DNA of 35,693 bases from Pseudobacteriovorax sp. (lineage in GTDB: Bacteria > Bdellovibrionota_B > Oligoflexia > Oligoflexales > Oligoflexaceae): the NCBI GenBank assembly GCA_050293845.1, contig JBNKNM010000038.1, positions 1-35,693 of the forward strand, in the 5' to 3' direction. Under the pieces are notes generated by a model. It saw only the letters and a program-made list of their open reading frames with translations, made no database searches and was not told where the DNA came from. Of this stretch, positions 25,564-35,179 are shown piece by piece (the first letter of the stretch is position 1; every line of letters begins with the position of its first letter). Both the position numbers and the translations under genes were made by a program.

Positions 25564-26964
25564 ATGAATGCACTCGATATTTCTCTATTTGTAGAATGGC
25601 AGAAAGCAAATAAACCTAATCTCTTGAAAAGAGCTTGTGGTTGGGTTGTGGTTGCCATGTTAATACTTTTACCGGCTGATTTTATTTTTTTTCCGATAAA
25701 TACAGCTCTAACTTACTCACCTTTTAGGATAGTCACGATTCTAGTTTACTTTTGTACTTCACTTTATGGTCGTGAGTTAGTAAAGCAATCAAAATCACTC
25801 CCCAAAAAAATAGATATCTTGTTATCAGTATTGATCATCACGTTAACTTTTGTCTTATTGCTGCAATACCTTTACTTTTTACTTACTGCCGAATCTATGC
25901 ACTATCCCATTGTAAATGGCGGTATATTTATGGTGATATTCTCAGGAATATATTTAACGAGATTTTATATTTTAGAAAACACAGTGTTTCTTTTTTTAAG
26001 CTTGATTACATTTATTGGTCTCCAGTTTGTAGATCTTAATAATATGTCAATTTCTCTGCCGCAGGCCCACTCACAAACTAAAGATATGATAAAAAATTAT
26101 ATACTTTGGATTATATTTCTCTTTATCATTTTTCGTTCACAGGTACCTAATTTCAAAAAAGAGCTAGCTGAACAATTTAACTCCTTTGTAAGTATAGCTC
26201 CGTTGAATTGGGCTAAACATTCTGTACTCTATTCTGGATTAAGCATTAGAGAAGTTTTTAAGCCCATAATACAGCCAATTTCATGTATTGTAATAGATTG
26301 GAGATCTTTTCAAGTATTAGCCAATGACTATCCATCTGAATTTGTGCAAATACTTCTTGAACAATATCATAGTGAAATTTTAAAAATTATTGATCAAGCC
26401 ATTCCCGATAGAACCTATTATGCGAGCTGGAATGCTGATGAATTGTTCTTTGTGATTTTTTCAGATCAAAAAGATTCCAACGAAGTACAGAGCAAAACAC
26501 TTGAATTTCTTAAGTTATTAGGAAGTGAATCAAGATCATCTCTTAGTTCCAAAAAAGATGTTATTCAAAGAAATCTTTCAAATAAAAACCTAAAAATTAA
26601 GCATATACCTATACCGATTATTGATATTGGCTGTGCTTTCGGTAGCGGTGATCTTTGTGGAATAATGGGTCCAGAGACTATGATGAGAGTGACTTCCATT
26701 GGTAAAGTCGGAGGATATGCGAAACGCTTCGAAACAGTTTCTAAAGAAATTCGCAGTAAAATTAATGATGGTAATCCACATCCTATTTTAACTATCGATA
26801 GTCAAATGAAAACATATATAGATAGATATGATCCAGATTTTAGTGATGTCTTTAATGAAGTTGATACGACAGAGTTTAATGTAAAAAACTTAGCTCATGT
26901 CCAAACATACTTTTATCAATTCTGTCGTCGTAGTCGTTCAGAAATAGAAACGGCTGCATCATGA
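25564..26964 (+). CDS. Six-TM membrane protein with a divergent class III nucleotidyl cyclase domain
   Basis: About 6 TM helices in residues 24-190, then CIVIDWRSF, SWNADELF, IDIGCAFG and GIMGPETMMRVTSIGKVGGYAKRFE, which align to class III cyclase motifs. Confidence 0.75.
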   Translation: MNALDISLFVEWQKANKPNLLKRACGWVVVAMLILLPADFIFFPINTALTYSPFRIVTILVYFCTSLYGRELVKQSKSLPKKIDILLSVLIITLTFVLLLQYLYFLLTAESMHYPIVNGGIFMVIFSGIYLTRFYILENTVFLFLSLITFIGLQFVDLNNMSISLPQAHSQTKDMIKNYILWIIFLFIIFRSQVPNFKKELAEQFNSFVSIAPLNWAKHSVLYSGLSIREVFKPIIQPISCIVIDWRSFQVLANDYPSEFVQILLEQYHSEILKIIDQAIPDRTYYASWNADELFFVIFSDQKDSNEVQSKTLEFLKLLGSESRSSLSSKKDVIQRNLSNKNLKIKHIPIPIIDIGCAFGSGDLCGIMGPETMMRVTSIGKVGGYAKRFETVSKEIRSKINDGNPHPILTIDSQMKTYIDRYDPDFSDVFNEVDTTEFNVKNLAHVQTYFYQFCRRSRSEIETAAS

Positions 26965-27029
26965 TTTTCCTAGTAAATATCCAGTTCAGTTATGGTTGAT
27001 GCTGAAGATTTACTGGCCTATGTAGCCTG

Positions 27030-28391
27030 TTATTCATGGGTAAGGGTATCTAATACGTAGTTTAGTATGTAGTCAGAATCGGTTTGTACCTGAGAAAGTA
27101 AGTGATCTGGCTCGATTCCGGTGCCTTCGATAAGGTTTTTTTTATAATCGTAATATAGCGTTGTGGATACCCATAAATTGAACTCATGGTTCATGGGATA
27201 AATTAAGGGATGACCTAAACAACCTGCAGTTACTTGGCCTACTAATGTAATATATGGCAAGCCTTTTAAGCCCATTAAAAAGTTTTCACATGCAGATCCT
27301 GTTGCACCATTGGTGAGGATGAAGTAATGCCTTTTACTTTGTGTATTGGACTTTCCTAAATCGACGTGTCTGATAAACTCTGACAGCCCTCCATTTGGCA
27401 ATTTAATACGGCGATAGTAAGGCAAAGAACTGTCTTTAATAATTTGCTGTTTGAATTTTGTAGCTAAACCTATATTGCCACCAGGGTTAAACCGTAGATC
27501 AATAATTATATTGCTTTGTCTATGACTCTGAAAAATATTTTGGAATTCTTCCCATGACTGCTTAGGGGAGATGAAGGCTGATATTTTAATGTAAAGATGA
27601 TTGTCAGAAATGGTTTTGTATTGAATTGAGGGAAGCCACCGATTTTCTAAATAAGGTTCTATCCAAGAAACTTCTGTGCCATTATTTTCTCTAGCAATTA
27701 AATTACAGTCAACTCCAGCTTTTCCTTTTAAAAGTTCTCTAGCCTCCAAATAAGGGCGAGAGTTACGCGCACCAAGAACGACTTTTGCCGTTGGTTCTTG
27801 AGATGCAATTATTTCCCACCCAGGTCTAACGCCAAGCCTCCATGCCTTTGATGCAGTACTTAGATTAGCTACTACTAACCTTGATTCTTCAATGAAACAA
27901 TCATAGGGAAGCTCTCCCATGGGAGTTTTAGGGCGTAAACCGCAGTGACCATCCCATAACTCTAAAAATACTTTAGGCAATTGGGACCACAGATAATCAA
28001 GGGGGACGGCTTCTAATCTATCTAGAAAACTTAAGGAATCAGAGTCTTTCGTGAATGGGTACACCGTTTCAATAATATTTTTTGTACGCTGCCATAGGAC
28101 ATGAGGCTTGTCACTTGCGGAGTATGTGATCCAAACTTTGTTATTGAACCATGTCATAGGTAGGTAAGACAAAACGGCTAAAACTTCGGTTGAACTGCGA
28201 CCATGGGCCAGAAGAAATCCTTCATCGGAATCTAGGTAAAGCCCGGAATCTGGTGCGGCGAGAGAGAGTGTTTCCTTGAAATCTTCAGCATGACCTAACA
28301 ATAGCTTTGCGTGCGAGCTATGTAGTTGTTTTTTTAGGGGGCAGCCAAGCAATGCGGAATAATAATAATTAAAAAAGTCAAAGATCTCCAT
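27030..28391 (-). CDS. S41-family peptidase; N-terminus probably incomplete
   Basis: YIKISAF, IIIDLRFNPGG, TGSACENF, VGQVTAG and IEGTGIEPD motifs, plus PDZ-like GVRPGW. No SD before the ATG, and the frame stays open upstream to 28613. Confidence 0.82.
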   Translation of the reverse strand: MEIFDFFNYYYSALLGCPLKKQLHSSHAKLLLGHAEDFKETLSLAAPDSGLYLDSDEGFLLAHGRSSTEVLAVLSYLPMTWFNNKVWITYSASDKPHVLWQRTKNIIETVYPFTKDSDSLSFLDRLEAVPLDYLWSQLPKVFLELWDGHCGLRPKTPMGELPYDCFIEESRLVVANLSTASKAWRLGVRPGWEIIASQEPTAKVVLGARNSRPYLEARELLKGKAGVDCNLIARENNGTEVSWIEPYLENRWLPSIQYKTISDNHLYIKISAFISPKQSWEEFQNIFQSHRQSNIIIDLRFNPGGNIGLATKFKQQIIKDSSLPYYRRIKLPNGGLSEFIRHVDLGKSNTQSKRHYFILTNGATGSACENFLMGLKGLPYITLVGQVTAGCLGHPLIYPMNHEFNLWVSTTLYYDYKKNLIEGTGIEPDHLLSQVQTDSDYILNYVLDTLTHE

Positions 28392-28438
28392 TGATTGTTG
28401 TAAAGAATGAAGATCATTTTCGGATAGAATATCAGAGT

Positions 28439-28744
28439 TTACGGCAGTTTCAATTTGAAATCCTGGGAAGATTTTAAACGGGGGTAAAATAGAGGACCTC
28501 TTCTCGTATGAAAATGCAGTAAGACGCCCTGGAGGGCTGTTTTTCCAGGGTATATTAGCAAAAGCTTTGGATTTTTTGCAATACCAATGATAGTTGCCGT
28601 AAGAATTATGGGATCAAGAGCGAATGTCTTACAATAGATTCCTCCATGCACTTGTTGCGCAAAAAGACTTTTGATATCCAGCATGTCCCTAGACATCATT
28701 GAATGAGATAGACAACGAATTTTTAAAATATTTTTTAAACTCAA
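28439..28744 (-). pseudogene. Possible out-of-frame 5' part of the S41 peptidase gene
   Basis: Overlaps the start-less upstream extension of the S41 frame; a single -1 shift would join them. Confidence 0.35.
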
Positions 28745-28833
28745 AGAAAGTGAGGAAGGCAGTTATTAAAGTATGAGCCAAATTCAATAGTTAGATAGCT
28801 CTAAATTTTGCAGCGAGGTGATGTTAGAAAACT

Positions 28834-28869
28834 AAAGGCCCCTCTGGATTGTAAGAGAAGGCCTTTTTT
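28834..28869. terminator. Rho-independent terminator-like hairpin downstream of clpB, possibly bidirectional
   Basis: AAAGGCC-CCTCT...AGAG-AA-GGCCTTTTTT inverted repeat about 20 nt after the clpB stop. Confidence 0.65.
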
Positions 28870-28887
28870 ACAGACTCTACGTGTAGT

Positions 28888-31482
28888 TTATTGAATGCGG
28901 AGTCTTCCTTGGTCAATCGTTACAGAAATTTTTCCTGATTGCGCTAGACTATCGGCGATGATCATACGTGAAATAGGAGTTTCAAGGTTCTTCTGTACAT
29001 AACGTTTTATGGGCCTAGCACCAAAAATGGGGTCGTATGAGTTCGTTCCCATGAAACTTAAAGCGTCTTGAGAAATTTCCAAACTGATTCCTTGCTCTTG
29101 CAGCCGTGCTGCCAGTCGATCGGTAAATAGTTGAACAATTTTCTCAACTTGTTCCCGCATCAATGGTGAGAAAAGCACCGTATCGTCAATACGATTCAAA
29201 AACTCGGGTCGCAGGTGCTGCTGCAATAGTTTATGGACTTGCTTGTGGGTCTCTTCATCAATGTTACCCTTATGTTCCAGGTTGCTAATTAAGATGTCAG
29301 CACCTAAATTACTAGTCATGATGATGACTGTGTTTTTGAAAGACACTCTCCTTCCTTGATTATCTGTAAGATGACCATCATCCAAGAGTTGCAGTAGAAG
29401 ATTCAACACATCATGATGAGCCTTTTCTATTTCATCGAACAGAACGACAGAGTAGGGTTTACGCCGTACGGCCTCGGTGAGCTGACCTCCTTGATCATAG
29501 CCAACATATCCCGGAGGGGCTCCTACTAATCGCGATACGGAATGTTTTTCCATATATTCAGACATATCTATGCGTATTAAATTGTCTTCGGAATCAAACA
29601 AAGCCTCGCTCAAGGTTTTTGCTAGCTCCGTTTTGCCCACTCCGGTAGGACCTAAAAAGATAAAGGAACCTATGGGGCGTCGCGGATCTTTGATGTTAGC
29701 ACGCGCCCTAATAATAGCATCGCTCACAGCTTGAATCGCCTCTTCTTGGCCTATAACCCTTTGGTGGAGGATACTTTCCAACTCAAGCAACTTTTCCCGC
29801 TCGCCTTTAGTTAGCTTTTCTATCGGAATACCTGTCCAACGGCTGATAACCTGGGCGATCTCAGTCTCTGTCACTACTTCGCGAAGTAAGCTTCTAGGTG
29901 TACTGCCTTCATTAGCTTCCGCTTCTTGGAGTTTTTTTTCTAGGTTTGGTAAGGTACCATGTCTCAGTTGAGCTGCTTTTTCAAGATCATAGCTTCGCTC
30001 TGCTTGCTGAATCTGTTGATTAATTTGCTCAATTTCTTGACGATACTTTTGGATTGATTTAATACCTTCTTTTTCTTGGCGATATTGTTCATGCATTGTT
30101 TGTACTTCGCTTCGAAGATCCTGTAAGTCCTTACGTAAAGCTTCCAGTCTTTGCTTACTGGCCTTATCTTTCTCTCTCTTAAGAGCGGCTTCTTCGATTT
30201 CAAGACGCATGAGGCTACGCTGTTTTTTATCTAGCTCTTCAGGTACGGAATCTATTTCTGTGCGAATCATGGCACTGCATTCATCGATGAGGTCGATGGC
30301 TTTATCTGGTAAAAAACGATCTGTAATATAGCGGTCGGATAGTGTTGCAGCAGCTACTATCGCATTATCTTGAATGGTTATACCATGAAATATTTCAAAC
30401 CGTTCCCGTAGCCCCCGCAAAATAGAAATGGTGTCTTCTACACTAGGTTGGTTGACTAAGACGGTTTGGAACCTTCTTTCAAGAGCGGCATCGCTTTCGA
30501 TGTATTTGCGATACTCACTGAGTGTTGTAGCACCAATGCAATGCAATTCACCCCTCGCTAGCATGGGTTTGAGCATGTTACCAGCATCAAGAGCGCCATC
30601 AGTCTTTCCTGCGCCAACAATAGTATGAAGTTCATCGATAAAAAGAATGATTTGACCATCGCTGTTTTTGATTTCTGTTAGGACCGATTTAAGGCGTTCT
30701 TCGAATTCTCCCCGAAACTTTGCCCCTGCAATTAAAGCTCCCATATCTAATGAAAAGATAGTGCGATCTTTCAGGTTTTCTGGGACATCACCATTTACAA
30801 TTCTATGGGCTAAACCTTCGGCGATGGCAGTTTTACCAACACCAGGTTCACCAATAAGTACAGGGTTATTCTTAGATTTGCGACTAAGAATGCGAATCAC
30901 CCGATTGATTTCTTGATCACGACCTATCACAGGATCTAGTTTTCCTTTTCGCACGGCTTCTACCAGATCGATTCCATACTGTTCTAAGGCTTCGTAGGTT
31001 GCTTCGGGGGTTTGACTGCGCACTGTTTGGTTGCCGCGAATCGCCGTAAGAACGCTTAAAAATTTTTCTTCTGTAATATTGAATTCGGAAAAAATTCGAT
31101 TGATAGCTGCTGAGCTTGGGTTCTTTAACAATTCCAAAAATAGGTGTTCGACTGAAATATATTGATCTTTTAACGACTTAGCAATTTTTTCAGCAGAAAC
31201 AATCAGTTGTGATAGTGCCTGGGAAATATATATTTTCTGGGGGTCATAGCCGCTACCAGAAATTCTTGGCATCTTATCCAGCTCTAATGTAATCATTTTA
31301 TTGAATTGTTCAACTGGAATATTAAGTTTAGTCAATATTCGCTGACCAATACCTTTTTCTTGACTTGTGATAGCAGCTAGTAAGTGTTCGCCATCCACCT
31401 GGGAATGCCCGCGCTCAATAGCTAATGTTTGAGCCTCTTGCAGAGCTGCCTGCGTTTTTTCTGTAAGTCTATTGAAGTCCAT
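28888..31482 (-). CDS. clpB: ATP-dependent chaperone ClpB
   Basis: 864 aa; [22 protein letters not shown], coiled-coil M domain, [35 protein letters not shown] and GARP. Confidence 0.98.
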   Translation of the reverse strand: MDFNRLTEKTQAALQEAQTLAIERGHSQVDGEHLLAAITSQEKGIGQRILTKLNIPVEQFNKMITLELDKMPRISGSGYDPQKIYISQALSQLIVSAEKIAKSLKDQYISVEHLFLELLKNPSSAAINRIFSEFNITEEKFLSVLTAIRGNQTVRSQTPEATYEALEQYGIDLVEAVRKGKLDPVIGRDQEINRVIRILSRKSKNNPVLIGEPGVGKTAIAEGLAHRIVNGDVPENLKDRTIFSLDMGALIAGAKFRGEFEERLKSVLTEIKNSDGQIILFIDELHTIVGAGKTDGALDAGNMLKPMLARGELHCIGATTLSEYRKYIESDAALERRFQTVLVNQPSVEDTISILRGLRERFEIFHGITIQDNAIVAAATLSDRYITDRFLPDKAIDLIDECSAMIRTEIDSVPEELDKKQRSLMRLEIEEAALKREKDKASKQRLEALRKDLQDLRSEVQTMHEQYRQEKEGIKSIQKYRQEIEQINQQIQQAERSYDLEKAAQLRHGTLPNLEKKLQEAEANEGSTPRSLLREVVTETEIAQVISRWTGIPIEKLTKGEREKLLELESILHQRVIGQEEAIQAVSDAIIRARANIKDPRRPIGSFIFLGPTGVGKTELAKTLSEALFDSEDNLIRIDMSEYMEKHSVSRLVGAPPGYVGYDQGGQLTEAVRRKPYSVVLFDEIEKAHHDVLNLLLQLLDDGHLTDNQGRRVSFKNTVIIMTSNLGADILISNLEHKGNIDEETHKQVHKLLQQHLRPEFLNRIDDTVLFSPLMREQVEKIVQLFTDRLAARLQEQGISLEISQDALSFMGTNSYDPIFGARPIKRYVQKNLETPISRMIIADSLAQSGKISVTIDQGRLRIQ

Positions 31483-31556
31483 TGATAACCTCCCTTTTCT
31501 TAACTAAGTTTGTGTCTTAAATTAGGAAAGTCAAGGGAGGTCCTAGGGGAGAGTGT

Positions 31557-31967
31557 TTATTTTACTTCAATGAGCTCGATGTCAAATTTTAGGGTTGTAT
31601 CGGGGGGAATGACGCCACCCGCTCCTTGTTTACCATAGGCTAATTCTGGGGGAACGGTCAGAGTTCGTTTGCCTCCCACCTTCATGCCCACCACTCCTTG
31701 ATCCCAACCTTTAATTACTCGTCCTTCACCCAAAACAAATGAAAATGGTTGGTTGCGGTCGACCGAGCTATCAAATTTTTTCCCATCTAAAAATGTACCT
31801 GTATAATGAACCACTACGGTTGCTCCCTTAGTAGCTTCGGTTCCTGTTCCTGTAACAGTATCTTCGACTTTTAATTCACTCATGGGTGTTTCCTTTTTTT
31901 CTGACTTATTCCCGAAAGTGCAAGACGTGGAAAGACATAATAAAAAAATAACGGTTAATAGCTTCAT
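31557..31967 (-). CDS. FKBP-type peptidyl-prolyl cis-trans isomerase with lipoprotein signal
   Basis: VHYTG, FDSS, VIKGWDQG, PPELAYG and IPPDTTLKFDIEL motifs; N-terminal LSTSC; AGGAG SD. Confidence 0.95.
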   Translation of the reverse strand: MKLLTVIFLLCLSTSCTFGNKSEKKETPMSELKVEDTVTGTGTEATKGATVVVHYTGTFLDGKKFDSSVDRNQPFSFVLGEGRVIKGWDQGVVGMKVGGKRTLTVPPELAYGKQGAGGVIPPDTTLKFDIELIEVK

Positions 31968-31983
31968 GGGAACTCCTGTAATA

Positions 31984-32601
31984 TCAGTTGGATCTTATCG
32001 ATACCAAACCTTTACATAATAAACCATGGAGATTTGTAAAGGTATTATCCAGCTCCTCAGGATGATCCTTTACATTTTGTCCTTTGCGAATCATCGCTAG
32101 GGCACATCCATGTATATATGACCAAGTTGCAAGGGTAGTATTACGGCTATCACTAGATTTTAGCTGATCCATACGGATAGCATCTTTCATAATGGTTTCG
32201 ATAGCGGCAAAGGTGCTATCACCAGCTTTTTTCAAACCCTCTGGTAGCTTTGTATCGATATACTCTTTAGGATTAAACATAAGCTGAATGAGTTCGGGTT
32301 GTTCATACGCCATGGTTAGGTAGGTTTTGCAGGTTTGAAAAAGCCTTTCCTCAAATGAATCGTAGAAATGTGTCGTTTTTTGAATGCGGAATGTCAATTC
32401 ATCAAAACCTAACTTTGCTAGCTCCTCTAGCAGAGACTCCATGTTGGGAAATATGTTCTCTATCCCGCTTTTTGCAGTTACCCTATCGAGATCCAAGCTT
32501 TTAATACCAAAGTGTTTTAGATCATCAAGGGCAGCCTTCAGAGCCACTCCCTTGGGTGATTGCTCTGCAATTGTCGTCAACTTCATGGATGGAAACCTCA
32601 T
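31984..32601 (-). CDS. TetR-family (WHG-type C-terminal domain) regulator-like protein with shortened HTH
   Basis: LLEELAKLGFDEL, YLTMAYEQPELIQLMF and TWSYIHG motifs. Confidence 0.75.
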   Translation of the reverse strand: MRFPSMKLTTIAEQSPKGVALKAALDDLKHFGIKSLDLDRVTAKSGIENIFPNMESLLEELAKLGFDELTFRIQKTTHFYDSFEERLFQTCKTYLTMAYEQPELIQLMFNPKEYIDTKLPEGLKKAGDSTFAAIETIMKDAIRMDQLKSSDSRNTTLATWSYIHGCALAMIRKGQNVKDHPEELDNTFTNLHGLLCKGLVSIRSN

Positions 32602-32615
32602 AAGTCAGTTGCTGG

Positions 32616-33605
32616 CTAGTAGGTGATGGCGGCTGCTGGTTTATTCCCTAATATTGTATCAATTTCAGCCATGAGTTCTTCGGTAATATTGCCAAGAACT
32701 CTAAGACTCTCTAAATTATGTAGTAGTTGCTCTTTCCGAGAAGCTCCCATGATTACTGTACTGGCATGGGGGTTTTTGAGGCACCACGCTATGGCAAGCT
32801 GAACCATATCTATTTTGTTGTCTAAGCAGTAAGTGGATAATCTTTTTACTTTTTTTAAGTTTTCCTGACCTTCCTCAGATTCGATGTTTGCTTTGAGCCA
32901 CTCTAAGTTAGGCAAACTTAAGCGTGACCCTGTTGGAATGCCATCATTATATTTACCCGTTAAGAGTCCAGAGGCTAGGGGCGACCAGATGGTGGTTCCC
33001 AAGCCGATAGCTTCGTACAGAGGAAGGTATTCAGATTCCATGCGCTCCCGGACGAGCATATTGTATTGTGGCTGCTCCATGGTGGGAGGAGTTAAGTTAT
33101 ATTGGCGTGCTACACTATAGGCTTCCGTAATTTGTTGGGCTGACCATTCGGAAGTTCCCCAATACAGTACTTTACCTTGATCAACTAAAACACTCATAGC
33201 CCTTACTGTTTCTTCTATGGGAGTCTGATGGTCAGGTCGATGACAAAAAAACATGTCTAAGTAGTCGAGCTGTAGGCGTTTCAATGCATCGTGGCAGGCG
33301 TCATGGACATGCTTACGGCTTAAGCCACGTTGGGTTGGTTTATCCCCACCCCAAAAAACCTTACTGGAAACTAAGTAGGAGTCGCGGCTCCAGCTTAGTT
33401 CTTTTAACGCTTTACCCATAATAATTTCCGATTGACCACCGGCATATACCTCAGCGTTATCGAAAAAATTCACCCCATGCTCATAGGCTGTACCCATCAT
33501 GTCCACGGCCATAGATAGATCTACCTGATTATGAAAAGTAACCCAAGATCCAAAAGAAAGACTACTCACTTTTAACCCAGAGCGTCCCAACCGTCTGTAT
33601 TCCAT
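32616..33605 (-). CDS. Aldo/keto reductase, Kv-beta-like
   Basis: MEYRRLGRSGLKVS (start 33605, GGGAG SD), FDNAEVY, GLSRKH, HRPD, YWGTSEWS and WSPLASGLLTGKY. Confidence 0.94.
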   Translation of the reverse strand: MEYRRLGRSGLKVSSLSFGSWVTFHNQVDLSMAVDMMGTAYEHGVNFFDNAEVYAGGQSEIIMGKALKELSWSRDSYLVSSKVFWGGDKPTQRGLSRKHVHDACHDALKRLQLDYLDMFFCHRPDHQTPIEETVRAMSVLVDQGKVLYWGTSEWSAQQITEAYSVARQYNLTPPTMEQPQYNMLVRERMESEYLPLYEAIGLGTTIWSPLASGLLTGKYNDGIPTGSRLSLPNLEWLKANIESEEGQENLKKVKRLSTYCLDNKIDMVQLAIAWCLKNPHASTVIMGASRKEQLLHNLESLRVLGNITEELMAEIDTILGNKPAAAITY

Positions 33606-33699
33606 AACTTTCTCCCAATGTTTCTGTTGGCGATATTTCAACGCTTTTATTCTGGCAGTTTGCTAAACTTCTATAAAGCCTTAAATGTGAGGAGAGTAT

Positions 33700-34716
33700 A
33701 TGATGGAAGGGGAAAACAAATCCTATCGCGCCGGTGAAGTCATTTTCAATCAAGGAGAAAAAGGGGGATCTTTTTTAATAATCGAATCTGGCTCTGTAGA
33801 AGTTTACCAGGAGTCAATGAGCGGCAAGGTTCCCTTGGTCTGCCTGGGACCAGGAGAAGTTCTGGGTTTGCTAACATTTTACGACGAGCGCCCTCGCATG
33901 GCCTCCGCGAGGGCTCGTACTGATACGACAGGAAAGTTGATCTGTAAGGAAGGTCGTGTATCGCCAAAAATTCCAAGTTGGGTGAACATCTTGCTGCGGG
34001 AATTTGCAGTACGCTTGGATCAGGTAAACTCCTTGTATTCCCGTACCGTTAATACCAATCGTAGTCTATCAAACCAGATTTTCGACAACCTTTTTATTTC
34101 TTCTCAAGTTGCAGCTCTGGTATGTGAGCTGGCGGAGACTCAGGCGTATAGTTTGGACAATGGTAGGTCGGTATTACTAATAGAGCCCATGATCGAAAAA
34201 GTACAGGAACTCCTAGGATATAAAAAGGAAGAAATATTAGACGTATTTCATGTGTTTTGCCAACAAGGATTGCTAAAAAAAGAGATCGAACCTGATCACA
34301 ACAAAGAGGTGATATCGTTGGAAGGGGCTAAGAGGCTTAATTGGTATACTTCATTCGTACGGATGTCTCGCTCTGGAAAAGTTAAAAAAATGATCGACCA
34401 AAAACCACCCTATAAGGACCGGCGGGTACTGATAGGATTACGCGAATTTGCAGCTAAGAAGGGGTTCAACATTACAGAAACGGTTTATATTCCCCTAGAG
34501 GTTCTGGTAAACGAGTACGAAAAAGAGTGCAAAATGCCCTTATCAAGTATGGCCATCGAAAGCGGGATACGTTTAGGACTACTGGAGAAGCTTAAAAAGG
34601 ATAGCGTCGAATGTTTAGTCTTTCATCCTCAAAACTTAGTGAGGACTATTGTCGCTCTCAATGTGATTCATCAATTGAAAAAACACCCTGAAGCCCGTTC
34701 TCAGTCTCCTGATTGA
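33700..34716 (+). CDS. Cyclic nucleotide-binding domain protein with uncharacterised C-terminus
   Basis: GEVIFNQGE, IIESGSVEV and LGPGEVLG...RPRMASARA motifs; GAGGAG SD. Confidence 0.85.
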   Translation: MMEGENKSYRAGEVIFNQGEKGGSFLIIESGSVEVYQESMSGKVPLVCLGPGEVLGLLTFYDERPRMASARARTDTTGKLICKEGRVSPKIPSWVNILLREFAVRLDQVNSLYSRTVNTNRSLSNQIFDNLFISSQVAALVCELAETQAYSLDNGRSVLLIEPMIEKVQELLGYKKEEILDVFHVFCQQGLLKKEIEPDHNKEVISLEGAKRLNWYTSFVRMSRSGKVKKMIDQKPPYKDRRVLIGLREFAAKKGFNITETVYIPLEVLVNEYEKECKMPLSSMAIESGIRLGLLEKLKKDSVECLVFHPQNLVRTIVALNVIHQLKKHPEARSQSPD

Positions 34717-34822
34717 ATCAGCTAGAGGAAGACAAGGACACAAGATCTTGCCTTGATTTAGATTTAAGTCTAATGTAAGCGCCTTCGAAGTATTGTTATT
34801 AGCTTAAGAAGGCCTGTTTACG

Positions 34823-35179
34823 ATGAATAAGATTATAGTTACATTGCTAACCCTTTCGTCCTTAGCCCTAAATGCGCAGGGAAGAGATCCCAACTGTGAC
34901 CGGGTTGGTGGCCAAGTGGTCTTTATTGATATGCTTTACGGCTTAAGTATTGGTGCGGTATTTTCAGGTCTCATTCTGGTAGCTTCGGAAGATAAAGATA
35001 GGGTGGGGAGAAAAATTGCAACGGGAAGTTTGCTGGGTGCCACCGCTGGTATGGGCTTGGGTATGTACGAACTGGTCCAAAGAAGATGCCAATATTCCCA
35101 GGTCAAAAATACTTGGTCACAGCCAAAACTAGTGTACCTAAAGGGGCAGGTTGGACTGAGCCTTTCCTACAATTTCTGA
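34823..35179 (+). CDS. Small exported hypothetical protein with glycine-zipper helices
   Basis: Signal peptide, GxxxG-rich helices, two Cys, C-terminal VGLSLSYNF. Confidence 0.7.
   Translation: MNKIIVTLLTLSSLALNAQGRDPNCDRVGGQVVFIDMLYGLSIGAVFSGLILVASEDKDRVGRKIATGSLLGATAGMGLGMYELVQRRCQYSQVKNTWSQPKLVYLKGQVGLSLSYNF

Noticed and set aside
31500..31540. Heat-shock promoter or CIRCE upstream of clpB
   Set aside because: A CTTGAC -35-like element is present on the minus strand, but there is no CCCCAT -10 and no CIRCE inverted repeat, so sigma type cannot be assigned.
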